A stretch of DNA of 64,000 nucleotides from Eledone cirrhosa (GCA_964016885.1 OZ024759.1:25544001-25608000), one strand, 5' to 3'. Shown: positions 29,462-44,096, counted from the stretch's first letter. Translations and numbers: made by a program. Notes: generated by a model not told the origin, from the sequence alone.

Positions 29462-29804
29462 GTAATTCGTCTGCTAGAAAAATTATCCAGAACTCTCTTA
29501 AATTATTCTGCAAGATGCAGCCCTACATATATTATTCTTGAGATCAACAATTCACGAGTTGTCCGTTCCGTCGACCGATCAACTGGAACACTCAGTGTCA
29601 TAAACGACAGAGATCCCTATGTATTTGTCATTTACATATGCTCCGTAATCATAGTAAGGGCTTCGTGGGATGCAGGTAAGTAGAGGCAGATAGATAAGGG
29701 GCTTTCTGAGTCATATTTAATATTAATTTACAACTGAAGACTCTTTCGAATAAGTCACACTAGTGTTATATTAATATTGTTCTCTCTCTCTGTCTCTCTC
29801 TCGG

Positions 29805-29836
<32 letters not shown>

Positions 29837-29869
29837 CCTCCCTTATATATATATATATATATATGCATA

Positions 29870-29979
<110 letters not shown>

Positions 29980-30161
29980 AAAAAGTATGACCCCGACGGC
30001 AGAGCTCAAGCCGTTTCGACGGGTATTTCTGAAATAGCCGTCGAAACGGTTTGAGCTCTGCCGTCGGGGTCATACTTTTTCCTATTTCCCACTCTACTAC
30101 CCTAAGTATTGAGTACTCTGGTGCGTTATGGTCCATCTGGTTCCTTACCATAATTCCTTTG

Positions 30162-30219
<58 letters not shown>

Positions 30220-30259
30220 ATATTAAATAAATGGAAACTATATTTATAAAACCACATTT

Positions 30260-30321
30260 ATTTTATTATATATATTTCAAGGGTACCAAGACAACATTGG
30301 TACGCTTTCATCAGATAATAT
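30260..30321 (-). ncRNA. Type I hammerhead ribozyme (complete core)
   Basis: Minus strand: ATATTAT-CTGATGA-AAG C GTACCAA tgttgtc TTGGTAC C CTT-GAAA-TATATA-TA-ATAAAAT. Confidence 0.78.
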
Positions 30322-30462
30322 TCACTGAATAGTCTTGGTACCCCTTCTACTTTTATATATATATATATATATATATATACTATATATACATATACATACA
30401 TATATATATATATACACAGATATAATTGAGATGTCTGCTTATTTATCAACGTAAACAATGAC

Positions 30463-30529
<67 letters not shown>

Positions 30530-30763
30530 TATACATATACATATACATACACACACACACATACATATACATACATATATATATATATATATACACAGAT
30601 ATAATTGAGATGTCTGCTTATTTATCAACGTAAACAATGACGTCACTTCCTCAACTTTACAAATTATTTCAGTTTTGTCTAAATCTCTAAAATAGTTCCT
30701 TCTTTTTATTTGTCTTATTTTGTTGTTTGTCCTGTATGTTATTTTGTATGTTTTGTTTGTGTC

Positions 30764-30863
30764 TTTCTTCTTCTTCTTCTTCTTCTTCTTCTTCTTCTTC
30801 TTCTTCTTCTTCTTCTTCTTCTTCTTCTTCTTCTTCTTCTTCTTCTTCTTCTTCTTCTTCTTC
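30764..30863. repeat. (TTC)n microsatellite
   Basis: About 33 perfect units. Confidence 0.98.
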
Positions 30864-31201
30864 TGTCTCAGTAGGATGCAGAACGATAAATATCTTCCCT
30901 GATTTCACTGTTCATCTAGCAAATTGTTAATGGCTGCCCAATTATTCTTCACCACACACAGTCACACACGCATGTATGTGTGTATATATATATATATAAA
31001 CACACACACACACATATATATGCATACATACTTAGATACCCTTACACGCACACACTCACACACACATATATATATATATATATGGATTAACTAGATAGTT
31101 GTTTAATTGTCATATTTATTTTTGATTGACAAAGCTCTTTCGTCATACATGCTGTAACCTCCTTAATGACTATTCTTGCTCCTCTGCGATTCCTCTTGTT
31201 C

Positions 31202-31286
<85 letters not shown>

Positions 31287-31787
31287 TTACACACACACAC
31301 ACTTACACACACACACACACACTTACACACACACACATATCATATGCGTTACATATTCCGAAAATTACAGTGATTAATTATTTAATATATAATAACAAAA
31401 AGGGAAATACAATCAGCGTGTTTGTGTGAATGTGTAAGTATGTGTGTGTATATGTATTTGTGTATATATATGTATGCATGTGTGTGTATGTGTTGATGAT
31501 GTAGTTGTTGTTATTGTTGTTGTTTGTTTTATCTACTTAGAAGTCTTTGTTTTATATATTTTTATATTCTGACATTCGTATGTCTTCATTTAACACAAGT
31601 TTTTTTTTGTTTTTTTTTAGCTTTAGTTGGTTTTTGTTTTTAAATATATTTTTTCTCTTTTTTCTTTATCTTTTCTTTTGTTCAGTTTCCAAACTCTGAT
31701 CAAGTGAAGAAGCAACACCGAGGAAGAAGTTAAATTTATAAATATATATATAAATAACATATATAGATGTATATATATATATGTATA

Positions 31788-31849
<62 letters not shown>

Positions 31850-32649
31850 GATAAATCTACCAAGAGTTTACGGTAGTGTCCAATCCGTATGAAGAACTCA
31901 ATGTATTCCGGATATCATGGAAAGAAGAGATGTAATGAAAAACCACTTTCGGTGAAAGATAAACGGTATACAGAGTCAAGATATATATACAGTAATCTTT
32001 CTACATTCTCTCAGACATTTTCCAACATACAGTGATGCAGTGACACACCCAGCCAACTACAAACAGAGAAACTAACAAGTCAAACAATGCAAAAAACAAA
32101 ACAAAAAAAAAGAAACGAAACAGTAAAAACAATGAAAAAAAACCCATCATCGTTTCATCGTTTTATCATCGTGCTTTTCAGATGATTTGGCAAAGGTCTG
32201 TTAAAGAATGTCATATCTCTATCAAATAACTCAAAAGTTTCACTTTCTATTTACTTTTTATCCCCCCCCCCCCCGTTTTTTATCTGCTGGTGTGTGTGTG
32301 GGGTGGGGGGGGGATCTGTTTTTTATGGTGTTGTTTTTATCTGTTTTTTTTTTCTTTTTTTTTAATGGTTTTTTTATCTGTTTGTTTTTTTAATCTTTTT
32401 TTTTCTGTTTTTTTTTTATGGTTTTATTTTCTTAGTTTCTGCTTCGTTTCCACAGTAGGGTGTTTCTTTGCCGGTTTCCAACTGTGAGATTTTTCACGCC
32501 GATTATCAAGCTTAACGATTTAATAAGCTCCACTACAGTACCATCTAATTACAGGGAACCCTGTAGAGGTAGCGTTGTCTCTTACTTTACCTTACGTAAA
32601 TGTTCACAAATAGAAAATATTGTATTTCCCTACACTCTTCTATAACAAT

Positions 32650-33435
32650 AGTAATAATTGTTTCTACTTTAGGCACAAGGCCAACAATTTGAAAGGAAGT
32701 GGGGAAAGTCGATTAAATCGACCCTAGTACATTACTGGTACATTATTTTTATCGACCCGTAAGGATGAAAGGCAAAGCTAAGCTCGGCAGGATTTGAAAT
32801 CAGAAGGTAAAGAGCTTATAACAATAATAATTGTTTCTACTTTAAGCACAAGGCCAGCAATTTTTGGAGGCGGGGAAAGTCGATTAGTGCATTACTGGTG
32901 CTTTATTTTTATTGACCCTGTAAGGATGAAAGGCAAAGCTAACCTCGGCAGGGTTTTAACTCAGAACGTAAAGGGCCATAACAACAATAATAATTATTTC
33001 TACTTTAGGCACAATGCTAACAATTACCCCAGTGCATTACTGGTGCTTTATTTCATCGACCCCGAAAGGATGAAAGGCAAAGTTAACCTCGGTGGGAGTT
33101 GAACTCAGACCGTAAAGGGCTGTAACTCTATGCTCTGAAGCATGGCATCCGGCCCTCTACCGATATTGCCAATCCACCGACAAGGCCAGCCATTTGAAGG
33201 GAAGTGTGTATGGGGAAGTCGATTAAATCAACCCCAATGCCTTATTGGTACTTTATTTTATCGACTCAGTAGGGGGGGGGGGGCTGAGAGCAGAATCTAA
33301 AGGACGTAACTACATGCCGCAAAGCATGTTGTCCGATTCTTTACCAATTACTGCCTATACACCATCCTCAGTTATAATAATAATTGTTTCTACTTTAGGC
33401 AAAAGGCCGAGATTTGAAATCAGAACGTAAAGGGA
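32650..33435 (-). mobile_element. Tandem cluster of about 5 SINE copies (1718 family)
   Basis: Repeated ATAATTGTTTCTACTTTAGGCACAAGGCC...TTATCGACCCCGTAAGGATGAAAGGCAAAG. Confidence 0.85.
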
Positions 33436-33679
33436 CATATTGACATACGGCGTTTTGGAGGACATTTTTTTAAAACCTGGTTAAGCCCATCTCCTCTCCA
33501 GGTCTGAACACGGCAGATTTCTTCCAGAGAAGACTACAAATTGAGAGAGAGAATAGAAGTGAGAAAGAGAGACAGAGGAGGAACTAATTTCAGTACTAGA
33601 TTGGTACATTTTTATCGACCTCGAATGGATGAAAGGCAAAGTTGACCTCGGTGGGATTTGAACTCAGAGAGTGGATAAC

Positions 33680-34750
33680 TCTACACCACATTACACGACA
33701 CCACCACTACACCACTCTACAACAGCACGAAACTACACGATATCACACAACACTATACTACACCACCACTACACTATAAACACACCACGCTGCACTAAAA
33801 CACATTATACCATCACACCACCACCACTGAACAGCGCACCACACTAGAGCACATTACATCAGCCCATCACTACCAAACCACCCTACACCATACTATAACA
33901 CATTACACAGCACCACATCACATCACCACTACCACCACACCAGCCTACACTACACCACATTGCACGACATCACACCGCCTTACAGTACACGACACTACAC
34001 CACACCACACTACACTACAACTGACCACACCACACTAACCACAACACACAACACTACCCCCACCATCACCACCACCACCACACCACCACCCTATACCACC
34101 ACAACACCACACCACACTACAACACATAACACCAGACCACCACCACACTACACTACAACACACCAAACCACACGATATCACACCACACTACAGCAAACCC
34201 CCACCCCACTACTCTACAGCACACCAAACTACACGACATCACACAACACCACAGCACACCACCCTACACCACCCCACCACCCCACACCATATCATTGTCT
34301 AGCATTCTGTTTCCCAGGGTTCTGTCCACCAATTTCCATGGAAACTCTCAATATAGGTCAAGTGTATATCACTGTGAGGTGGTCACTTCATTGTTACAGA
34401 CTAAATATCTTCAGCTACAGCTGTTTCCGGATCTCACACTACCACCACTGACACCACCACCACTACTACTACCACCGCTACCACCACTGACACCACTGAT
34501 ACCACCACCACCACCACTACCACCACTGACACCATCACCACTACTACTACCACCACTACCACCACTGACACCACTGATGCCACCACCACCACCACTACCA
34601 CTACCACCACTATCACCACTGACACCACCACCACCGCTACCACAACCACCACTGGCACCACCACCACCACCACCACCGCTACGACAACCACCACTGACAC
34701 CAAAACCACTACCACTACCACCACTGACATCACTACTACCACCACCACCA
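33680..34750. repeat. (CAC/CACAC/CTA) low-complexity tracts
   Basis: ACC/ACT-rich degenerate repeats. Confidence 0.9.
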
Positions 34751-34814
34751 CAGTTCTAGTCCTGTAGAAGTCATATATATATATATGTGTGTATGTGTGT
34801 GTATATGTGTATAA

Positions 34815-34857
<43 letters not shown>

Positions 34858-34870
34858 AATATGTGTATAA

Positions 34871-34920
<50 letters not shown>

Positions 34921-35191
34921 ATACTTTGGGAGGGTCATGTTGCAAATAAGAAACACACGCACCAGTCGCTTTCATTCCAATTTATTATAAATTAAATTTA
35001 TAAATTTAAGAATTTATAAATTTCCGGTTGGTTGGTTGGTTGGTTGGTTCCACAACCGGACGGTTGTATATATATGTATATACATATATATATTTGTATG
35101 TGTATATATATATATATATGTGTGTGTGTGTAGGGGGTTGGGGTGTATGTGTATATATATATATATTTGTATGCGTATATGTGCGTATATG

Positions 35192-35800
35192 TCAGGTCAC
35201 CAATTGGTGCTTCTGGTAACATGTATCCCAGTACAACCTGTCTCATGGTCGGGTCGTTGGCGACTAAACTGGCAACCCCACCAAGGTTTCTTGGTGAGGA
35301 GGGTGACTTTGGACATCCTGCAGGACTAAAAACAAAACCTGTCAAAGAGCAAAGGAGTTCTTAAGAGTCAATGGCCATCCAAAATCACCGGGAGAGATGA
35401 CCCCTTAGCCTTAGTCAAGGCAGAATTCTAGGAGAAGAAAAACTCTGATCTAACACCTGCAACCCTGATGGTATCCAATGATGTTGATTTGTTCTTCTTT
35501 TTGGTAAATATCATCTTGGTTAAGAGAGTGGGACTGGCTTTGTGCAGTGCCTTTGCTCACTATAAAAGCTTCACGGCACAGGCATTGCTTTATATCTGGA
35601 GATCTCTCTGCACTTGTCGTCACATGGTACCATGGGCCCAGCACTATGTGTCAATAATTGTCACAAGTGTAGTGTTTGTACCAGAGTTTTCAAGTCGCTG
35701 GCTGGACTAAAAAGTCACGCTCGTTGAGCGCATCGGTAGGGGTTCTCCTACATGGATATAAAGTAGTGGCCGTACTCGAAAGCGAGTTGGCAGCCACCAT
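35192..35800 (+). mobile_element. Probable RTE-type 5'UTR relic with a candidate HDV-like ribozyme (35216-35272)
   Basis: CTAGGAGAAGAAAAACTCTGA resembles RTE 5'UTRs; nested pairings AACATG/CATGGT and CCAGT/ACTGG, hairpin TCG-TTGG-CGA, then CTAA. Confidence 0.5.
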
Positions 35801-36543
35801 ATATATATATACTGTATATATATATATATATATATATATATGTAGATATGTATGTATGTAGATATATATATATTTAAGTGCAAAGTCACAGATAATACTT
35901 CAAGTCATTTTATCAACTTCTACGTTCGTTTCAACTTAATGCACAACAAACTGCGTGATTTGCAGATTAATTGATTAGATCGTGATTTGCTGATCAATTA
36001 ATTCATTATTCTATTAGATCAGTAGAGCAGTTGCAATTACTAACGTCAAAGTATCGTAAAGAAATCGATATAAGATTTGGAGAACGCATGTCCCGAAAAA
36101 AAAAATACCAAACCATGGTCAATAACATATAGATATTGTTTCTACTTTTGGCACAAGACCAGAAATATCCCCAGTGTATTACTGGTATTTTATCTGATCG
36201 ACCCCGTATGGATGAAAGGCAAAGTTAACCTCAACTGGATTGGCTTTAACATATAGATATTAAAAAGTCTTTTTAAAAAACACATACATATGTAAATCAG
36301 TTGTTTAGGGCGAAGGAGACGTTAGTTTTTCAAACATCATGTGATTGGATTAAAACAATAAAAAGTTTAAAGCAAGGCAATAGAACATCCAAGTTGAGTT
36401 TAATTTATATATATAAACAGAAATATATTTTTTAGCTCACTAAATTCTAGTATTTGTGGTCCAAACCTTTTTTTTTAAAGAACATTACGTTATTTTCACA
36501 TAAACTACCAACAGCGGTATTCAGCAGAGTTCACTGTTTATAT

Positions 36544-36855
36544 CAGTGGTTCCCAACCTTTTGTGGACCATGCCCCACCTCAACATCTAAAAAATTGTTA
36601 TGTCCCCATTTGACTTGATAACAGTAATGATCAACTGCAAACTGTAAACCAATTGGTGTATAAGTGGTGCCAGATACACAATAACATATGGAGGAGGTGA
36701 GACAGGAGTTTCTGACTGTAATGTGCACAAAAGTTGCCTTGGTGTAAAAGTAAAACCTGAGCTTTGGTCTTATTAACATCATTTTCAAATGGGCTCCTTA
36801 AATATTCAAATTGTCCCTCCTCCGCAGGGTGTGCGCTCCACATTGGGAATCACTG
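36544..36855. mobile_element. hAT-type MITE with 8-bp TSD
   Basis: TIRs CAGTGGTTCCCAA / TTGGGAATCACTG; flanks GTTTATAT and GTTTAAAG. Confidence 0.85.
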
Positions 36856-36900
36856 GTTTAAAGTGGTGTCATATTATACATATATATATATTTTTTTTTT

Positions 36901-37024
36901 TTAAAAAAGGAAAAGTATGACTTCACTTGTAGTTCTAAACAATTTGATTTAATTTTATAATATTATATAAAATTAAATCAAATTGATTAGAACTACAAGT
37001 GAAGTCATTCTTTTCCTTTTTTAA
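36901..37024. repeat. Palindrome with about 58-bp arms
   Basis: TTAAAAAAGGAAAAGTATGACTTCACTTGTAGTTCTAA..ATTTGATTTAATTTTATA and its reverse complement. Confidence 0.9.
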
Positions 37025-37804
37025 ATATACCTAACTGTACCAAGGATTTCACACATTTTCCAATATATATATATTTATTTATCTATTTATTTATTTATTT
37101 AATTTAAACGTTCATATAGAGCTAGTAAGCCATGACAGACTTGGGGAAGTATCAAGTACTCTTTACAGTTGGGAATCAAAAAGAGCTTGTGAGAAAAATA
37201 AAACTAAACATTTTAATTATTGAAGGCTAATGGGTGGCAGATTTATACATAAGAAAACGAAAAAGAAAAGTAAAATAAGAAACAAGGGAAGCTATTAAAC
37301 AACTAGAAGATTCTGTTGTTGAATTATTTCGTACCTTCAAAGTACTCAAAGCTATTGTTTATATAAATATAAGGTAGATTAAACGAGTTGGAAATACAAA
37401 AACTTCTTTACATTTTTCTAATCTTCGTATCTGGACACACGAGAGCATGTGGTCGGTAAGTACATAACTTTTTCATATATAGTGATTCTGACGATTAAAT
37501 TAAATGTTACCTCTTTTTGTATTTGAATGAAACATGTAAATCAGTTAAATAATATATTAATGTGATCATGGTGATTATTTTTTCATATATATATATATAT
37601 AATACATAGAAAAAAGTATGACCCCGACGGCAGAGCTCAAGCCGTTTCGACGGCTATTTCTGGACTATTATGGCCTATCTGGTTCTTTACCAGAATTACT
37701 TCGTTATATATAATACATATATATAGCATATACATATATGATATATATAATAATATACCTATATATATAATATATATAATATGATATTATATATATATAT
37801 ATAT

Positions 37805-38125
37805 ACTCTTTTACCTGTTCCAGCCATCCGACTGAGGCCATGATGGGGCACTGCCCTTGTTGCTACACATTCTATCTCCAGCCTGTGTTGGCTGACCTTT
37901 GGTGTAAGAGGGAATTCGTTGCTGCTGCCCTTAGGTTACCTTCGTACCGTGCTGTGGGCTCAGCAGGATCCTGGATAGCAGGGTGTCGAGATGTTACTTG
38001 AAAACATCCACGTCCACACCATGTGGATCTTTCAGATTTCTTGGCAGCTTGTTGACGAGCTGAGGGCCTTTGAAGCCCTAGCTATTGCAATATCTGCTCC
38101 TTAATCTAGATGTGAAAGATGGGAC

Positions 38126-38127
<2 letters not shown>
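37805..38127 (-). mobile_element. CR1/L2-like LINE 3' end
   Basis: Minus translation RYCNS*GFKGPQLVNKLPRNLKDPHGVDVDVFK*HLD (N.LP...FK..LD terminus); tail GGCAGTGCCCCA.CATGG shared with the SINE tail at 50005-50065. Confidence 0.7.
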
Positions 38128-38178
<51 letters not shown>

Positions 38179-38420
38179 TATATATATTCGCGCACAGACA
38201 CACACACAACATATATGAAAACGTGTTTTAATATTTATTATTTAATATTTCATAAGATTGACACACCATTCGAAACCGGTAATATTTGACAAAATTTATA
38301 TCTACTTAATCTAACAATTATAATCCCCTCGGATTAAATAAAAAATAATCTTTAAATAGGTAGGTAATATTATTCAAGGTATAGAGCAGCTGAAGTTCGT
38401 ACCTTTTCCGGTTCATTTTC

Positions 38421-38465
38421 ATCTGGACAAGTTGGTCCTGATGGCTAACGAAACGTACGTACCTG
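38421..38465 (+). ncRNA. Degenerate hammerhead
   Basis: CTGGACAA (eroded CTGANGA)-GTTGGTC ctgat GGCTAAC-GAAA-CGTACG-TA. Confidence 0.5.
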
Positions 38466-38504
38466 ATATAGCGCCTTCGTAGCAACTGGCCTTAATAGTT
38501 ATGC

Positions 38505-39072
<568 letters not shown>

Positions 39073-39107
39073 TATATAATAACTTGTGTGTTACACCTCT
39101 ATTCTTT

Positions 39108-39193
<86 letters not shown>

Positions 39194-39358
39194 GTGTTGG
39201 AATGGAATTGTTGGAAAGTTTTCCGGAAACTACACCGCTACCACGAACACACCAGCCCCACCCCCACCACCAGGTAGGAGAATCTTAGCTGAAAAATGTT
39301 TTCAATAATTAGTTACAATTGATTCTGATGTAGATTGTAAAAACAATAGCACAGATGA

Positions 39359-39402
<44 letters not shown>

Positions 39403-39558
39403 ATACACACATATATATGTGTGTGTGTGTGTAAAGAGAGGGTGAGAGAGAGAGAAAGAAAGCAACTCCTTATGGGAGAAAACAATACACATATATTTTA
39501 GGTGCCATATATAATAGATGTATTATATAGATAAGAACGGATAGTTCTACACACATGC

Positions 39559-39595
<37 letters not shown>

Positions 39596-39674
39596 GTGTG
39601 TGTGTATATATATGTATGTGTATGTACGTATGTATGTATGTACGTATGTATGTATTTATGTATATGTATGTATT

Positions 39675-39706
<32 letters not shown>

Positions 39707-40034
39707 CATATATATATACACATGCATGTAGACAGACACGCGATGTATAAAAGTGCGAGGGAAGGCAAGGATGGGGCTGGGTTTTGGTGTAGGGGCGGCG
39801 GCGTTGGTGTTCTTTGTATGTGGGGGTGGGGTGGATGTAGGTGTGGGTGGGGGGATGTTTTAGGGGTTTTTCTAATTAGTTTGCGATAGAAAAGAATTAA
39901 TGTCCCCTAAACGACCACTTCACTGATAATCCAAATCTCTCTTTGACGCTCTTCCTGATAATCTTGCCTGCCCCCTCCGGATGACAATCTATGAAAGCTC
40001 CCCCACCGCGCCGCCTTCCTCTAACATGTTTTCA

Positions 40035-40663
40035 TCTATTGTTTTATTATTATTAGTGTTGTTATCAGTTATTGTTGTATTATTGTTGTTAGTATTGTTG
40101 CTGATGTTATTGTTATTATTGTTATATTGCTGTTGTTGTTGCTGATGTTATTGTTGTTATTATTGTTATATTGCTGTTGTTGTTGCTGTTGTTATTGTTG
40201 TATTTATTGTTATTATTGTTGTCGTTGTTGTTGTTATTGTTGTATTTATTGTTGTTATAATTGTTGTATTGTTGTTGTTGTTGTTGCTGCTGTTATTGTT
40301 GTATTATTGTTGTGGTTGTTGTTGCTGTTGTAATTGTTGTATTTATTGTTATTATTGTTGTTGTTCTTGTTGTTGTTGTCATTGTGAACGTCCGTATCAG
40401 TTCAGTGACTCCATATTAAAATACCATTGGATTGCCTTCACCATCAGCACTATCATCACCATCATCACCATCATCGCCATCACCAGCACCACCATCATCG
40501 CCATCGCCATCATTACCATCACCACCATCAACATCAACATCATCGCCATCAACACCATACCGATCAGCACCATCACCGCCATCAGCACCATCAGCACCAG
40601 CATCAATATCACCATCACCAACACCATCACCATCATCACCACTATCGCCACCATTACCACCAC

Positions 40664-40694
<31 letters not shown>

Positions 40695-41645
40695 GCCATC
40701 ATCACCATCACCACCATCGCCACCATAACCACCACCGTCATCGCCACCATAACCCATCATCAATGTCATCATCAACACCCCCCCCCCCCCCCAGACCACC
40801 ACCACCCCACAGCCCCTCCCCACACTCACTTCCGCCCACCATCTTGCTCGCCTATAGGGAAACACCTATCACAACTTCATGTGAAACCCCTGCCGTGGGG
40901 TATAGACTGTCACCTTATCCCTCACCAAACGCTTTCTGACATTTTATGTCAAACTTGTGTAAATACAGTTTCGAATACTGGGCCTTGCTTTACTACAGTA
41001 GTAACTACTACGGTGTGTTGGTATTGTCAGTGGTGGTGGTGGTGGTGGTGGTAGTGCTGTGGTGTGGTGGTGGTGGTGGTGGTGATGGTGGTGTGGTGGT
41101 GGTGGTGTGGTGTAGTAGTGGTGTATCACCATTGATGGTGGTGGTGGTGGTGGTGTTGGTGATGGTGGTGTGGTGGTGGTGGTGGTGTGGTGTAGTAGTG
41201 GTGGTGTATCACCATTGATGGTGGTGTGGTGGTGGTGGTGATGGTGGTGTGGTGTGGTGGTGGTGGTGGTGATGGTGCTGTGGTGGTGTGGTGTGGTGTG
41301 ATGGTGGTGTGGTGTGGTGTGGTGGTGTGGTGTGGCGGTGGGTGATGTGGTGCGGTGGTGTGGTGGTAGTGATGGTGTCTTGCTATATCGGTGATGGTGG
41401 TGGTGTGGTGGTATGCTGGTAGTGGTGGTGTAGTAGTAGTGTATAACCATTGATGGTGGTGGTGGTGGTGGTGTGGTAGTGGTGTGGTGGTGTTGGTGCA
41501 TCATCATTTGTGGTGGTGGTGGTGTGGTGTGGTGGCGTGGTGGTTGAGGTGGTGGTGATGTGGTGACGATGGTGGTGGTCTGGTGGTGGTGGTGGTGTGG
41601 TAGTGGTGTATCACCATTGGTGGTGGTGGTGTTGGTAGTGGTGTA
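40035..41645. repeat. Triplet-repeat tracts (TTG, CAT/CAC, GGT)
   Basis: Low complexity. Confidence 0.92.
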
Positions 41646-41884
41646 ACATCGTTGGAGAGGGGTTGAGACATAGTGTATGACACGTGGGTGGGTGCGTCCC
41701 CTACCCATACACAGCTCCGACATTCCCTACCAGCCCCTATAAACCAAAACAACTGGTAGTTAGCTTAATCCCCATATTATCCCCTTCCACACACACACCT
41801 TGAAACGCCTATCAACGTGTTTCTTATGAAACGACATCCCACCCCCAAGTCAGCGATCAATCGAACCCTTACAAACAATATCTT

Positions 41885-42425
41885 GGTGGATTGGCAGTAT
41901 CGGTGGAGGGTCGGACGCCATACTTTGCAGCATGGGTTTACGCCCCTTTACGCTCTGAGATCAAATCCCGCCGAGGTGGGGCATGGTGCACAAAAGGTTG
42001 GGAACCACTGCTTTAAACAGTGAACTCTGCTGAATACCGCTGTTGGTAGTTTATGTGAAAATAACGTAATGTTCTTTAAAAAAAAAGGTTTGGACCACAA
42101 ATAATAGAATTTAGTGAGCTAAAAAATATATTTCTGTTTATATATATAAATTAAACTCAACTTGGATGTTCTATTGCCTTACTTTAGACTTTTTATTATT
42201 TTAATCTAATCACATGATGTTTGAAAAACTAACATCTCCTTCGCCCTAAACATCTGATTTACATATGTATGTGTTTTTAAAATGACTTTTTAATATCTAT
42301 ATGTTAAAGCCAATCCAGTCGAGGTTAACTTTGCCTTTCATCCTTACGGGGGTCGATCAAATAAAATACCAGTAATGCACTGAGATAATTGCTGGCTGGC
42401 CTTGTGCCAAAAGTAGAAACAATTA
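41885..42425 (+). mobile_element. SINE interrupted by an inverted copy of 36135-36582
   Basis: SINE head runs to CCCGCCGAGGT, then about 450 bp reverse-complementary to the 36.1-36.6-kb region. Confidence 0.85.
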
Positions 42426-42825
42426 TATCTACATAATAATCACAACCCACAACGCAACTGGCAGAATTCGAAACAAAAAATATACCCCCCCCCCCCCTCT
42501 ATTCCCAAAAGAACTTTCGGTTTCTTATCCTCATCGAAGGAAACCTTACTAAAACTCACATTTTGGGCTTTACTTCAGTTTTATCTATTTCATTATATTG
42601 CTTATTTTAAGGAAACAAATGACCCCCTTAAACTATATATGTATGTACATGTTTGTGTTTGTATGTATAATATGGGTGTTTGTGTGTGTATGTATATATA
42701 TATATATAAACGTAATGTTATTACTCTGAGGTCCTACCCCTATTGAGTGCTTTGCTACTCATTCCTAATTGTAGGTCGATTTTGCTTGGCCGCAGCCAAA
42801 GCTTCGATTTTACTAAGCTTCCACT

Positions 42826-42878
<53 letters not shown>

Positions 42879-43003
42879 GAGGTGAGTTTTATTGTAGCAC
42901 AATAAAGCCATGCAAATATCGGATAAGTAGCACTCAACAGTTTAGTTTATAGGACTGGAGTATAAATAATATAAGATCAAAAGATGGTTAAAAGTTTTCC
43001 ATG

Positions 43004-43074
43004 TATTTTATTATGCGCATTTCAAAAACAAATATCATCATGGGATGATATTTTCGTTCTCATCAGATAAAATA
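43004..43074 (-). ncRNA. Type I hammerhead ribozyme (complete core), left arm of the palindrome
   Basis: Reverse complement of 43126-43196 with one substitution in stem II. Confidence 0.82.
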
Positions 43075-43125
43075 GGGAGACATGATATGAAGCTTAAAAA
43101 ATACTTGCTTCATATCATGTCTCCC

Positions 43126-43196
43126 TATTTTATCTGATGAGAACGCAAATATCATCCCATGATGATATTTGTTTTTGAAATGCGCATAATAAAATA
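43126..43196 (+). ncRNA. Type I hammerhead ribozyme (complete core), right arm of the palindrome
   Basis: TATTTTAT-CTGATGA-GAACGCAAATATCATC ccat GATGATATTTGTTTTT-GAAA-TGCGCA-TA-ATAAAATA; 8-bp stem I, about 15-bp stem II, palindromic stem III. Confidence 0.85.
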
Positions 43197-43226
43197 CATG
43201 GAACTCTTTTAACCATCTTTTGATCT

Positions 43227-43290
<64 letters not shown>

Positions 43291-43444
43291 TTATTTATTT
43301 ATTTATTTATTAAAATAACAGATTAAAGTTTAAGCAAAGAATCTGTTATTTTAATAAATATTTGCTCTACGGTTCATATATATTTGAGATATATTTATCC
43401 TTATCGAGCCCTCTTTGGATTTTAATCTTCAAATTTATTATTAT

Positions 43445-43497
<53 letters not shown>

Positions 43498-43537
43498 TGT
43501 ATACGTACATACATATATGTATACAGACGTACAGTAG

Positions 43538-43578
<41 letters not shown>

Positions 43579-43729
43579 GCACACATATATATGTACGTAT
43601 GGATTCACCGAACATTTATTATAATGCTACGTGTGTTTGTAAACAAACATCCCGAATTAAGCCGTACAGTGTCTATTTAAGTAACAGCCGCACTAAGAGT
43701 GAGAAATGAAATTTCGTTTCATTTTTTCC

Positions 43730-43769
<40 letters not shown>

Positions 43770-43821
43770 TTTCTGAATTTGTTTAGCAAGATTCTTTATC
43801 TGAAATCGTGTGTTGAAACCG

Positions 43822-44096
43822 ATATTGTTATACTTTGGGAGGGTCATGTTGCCAATAAGAAACACACGCACCAGTTGCTTTCACTTCAATTTAATTTAAT
43901 ATATATTTATAAATTTACAGAGTGTGTGACGAAAGAACTATGACTATATATATATAAACAACTATCTGGTTGTGGAACCAACCAACCAACCAGAAATTTA
44001 TAAATTTGTAAATTTATAAATATATATTAAATTAAATTGAAGTGAAAGCAACTGGTGCGTGTGTTTCTTATTGGCAACATGACCCTCCCAAAGTAT

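Noticed and set aside
29734-29765. CTGAAGA..GAAT motif
   Set aside because: No stem II or stem I pairing
42732-42810. CTGAGGT-CCTAC..GTAGG hammerhead-like start
   Set aside because: No GAAA after the stem; core incomplete at both ends
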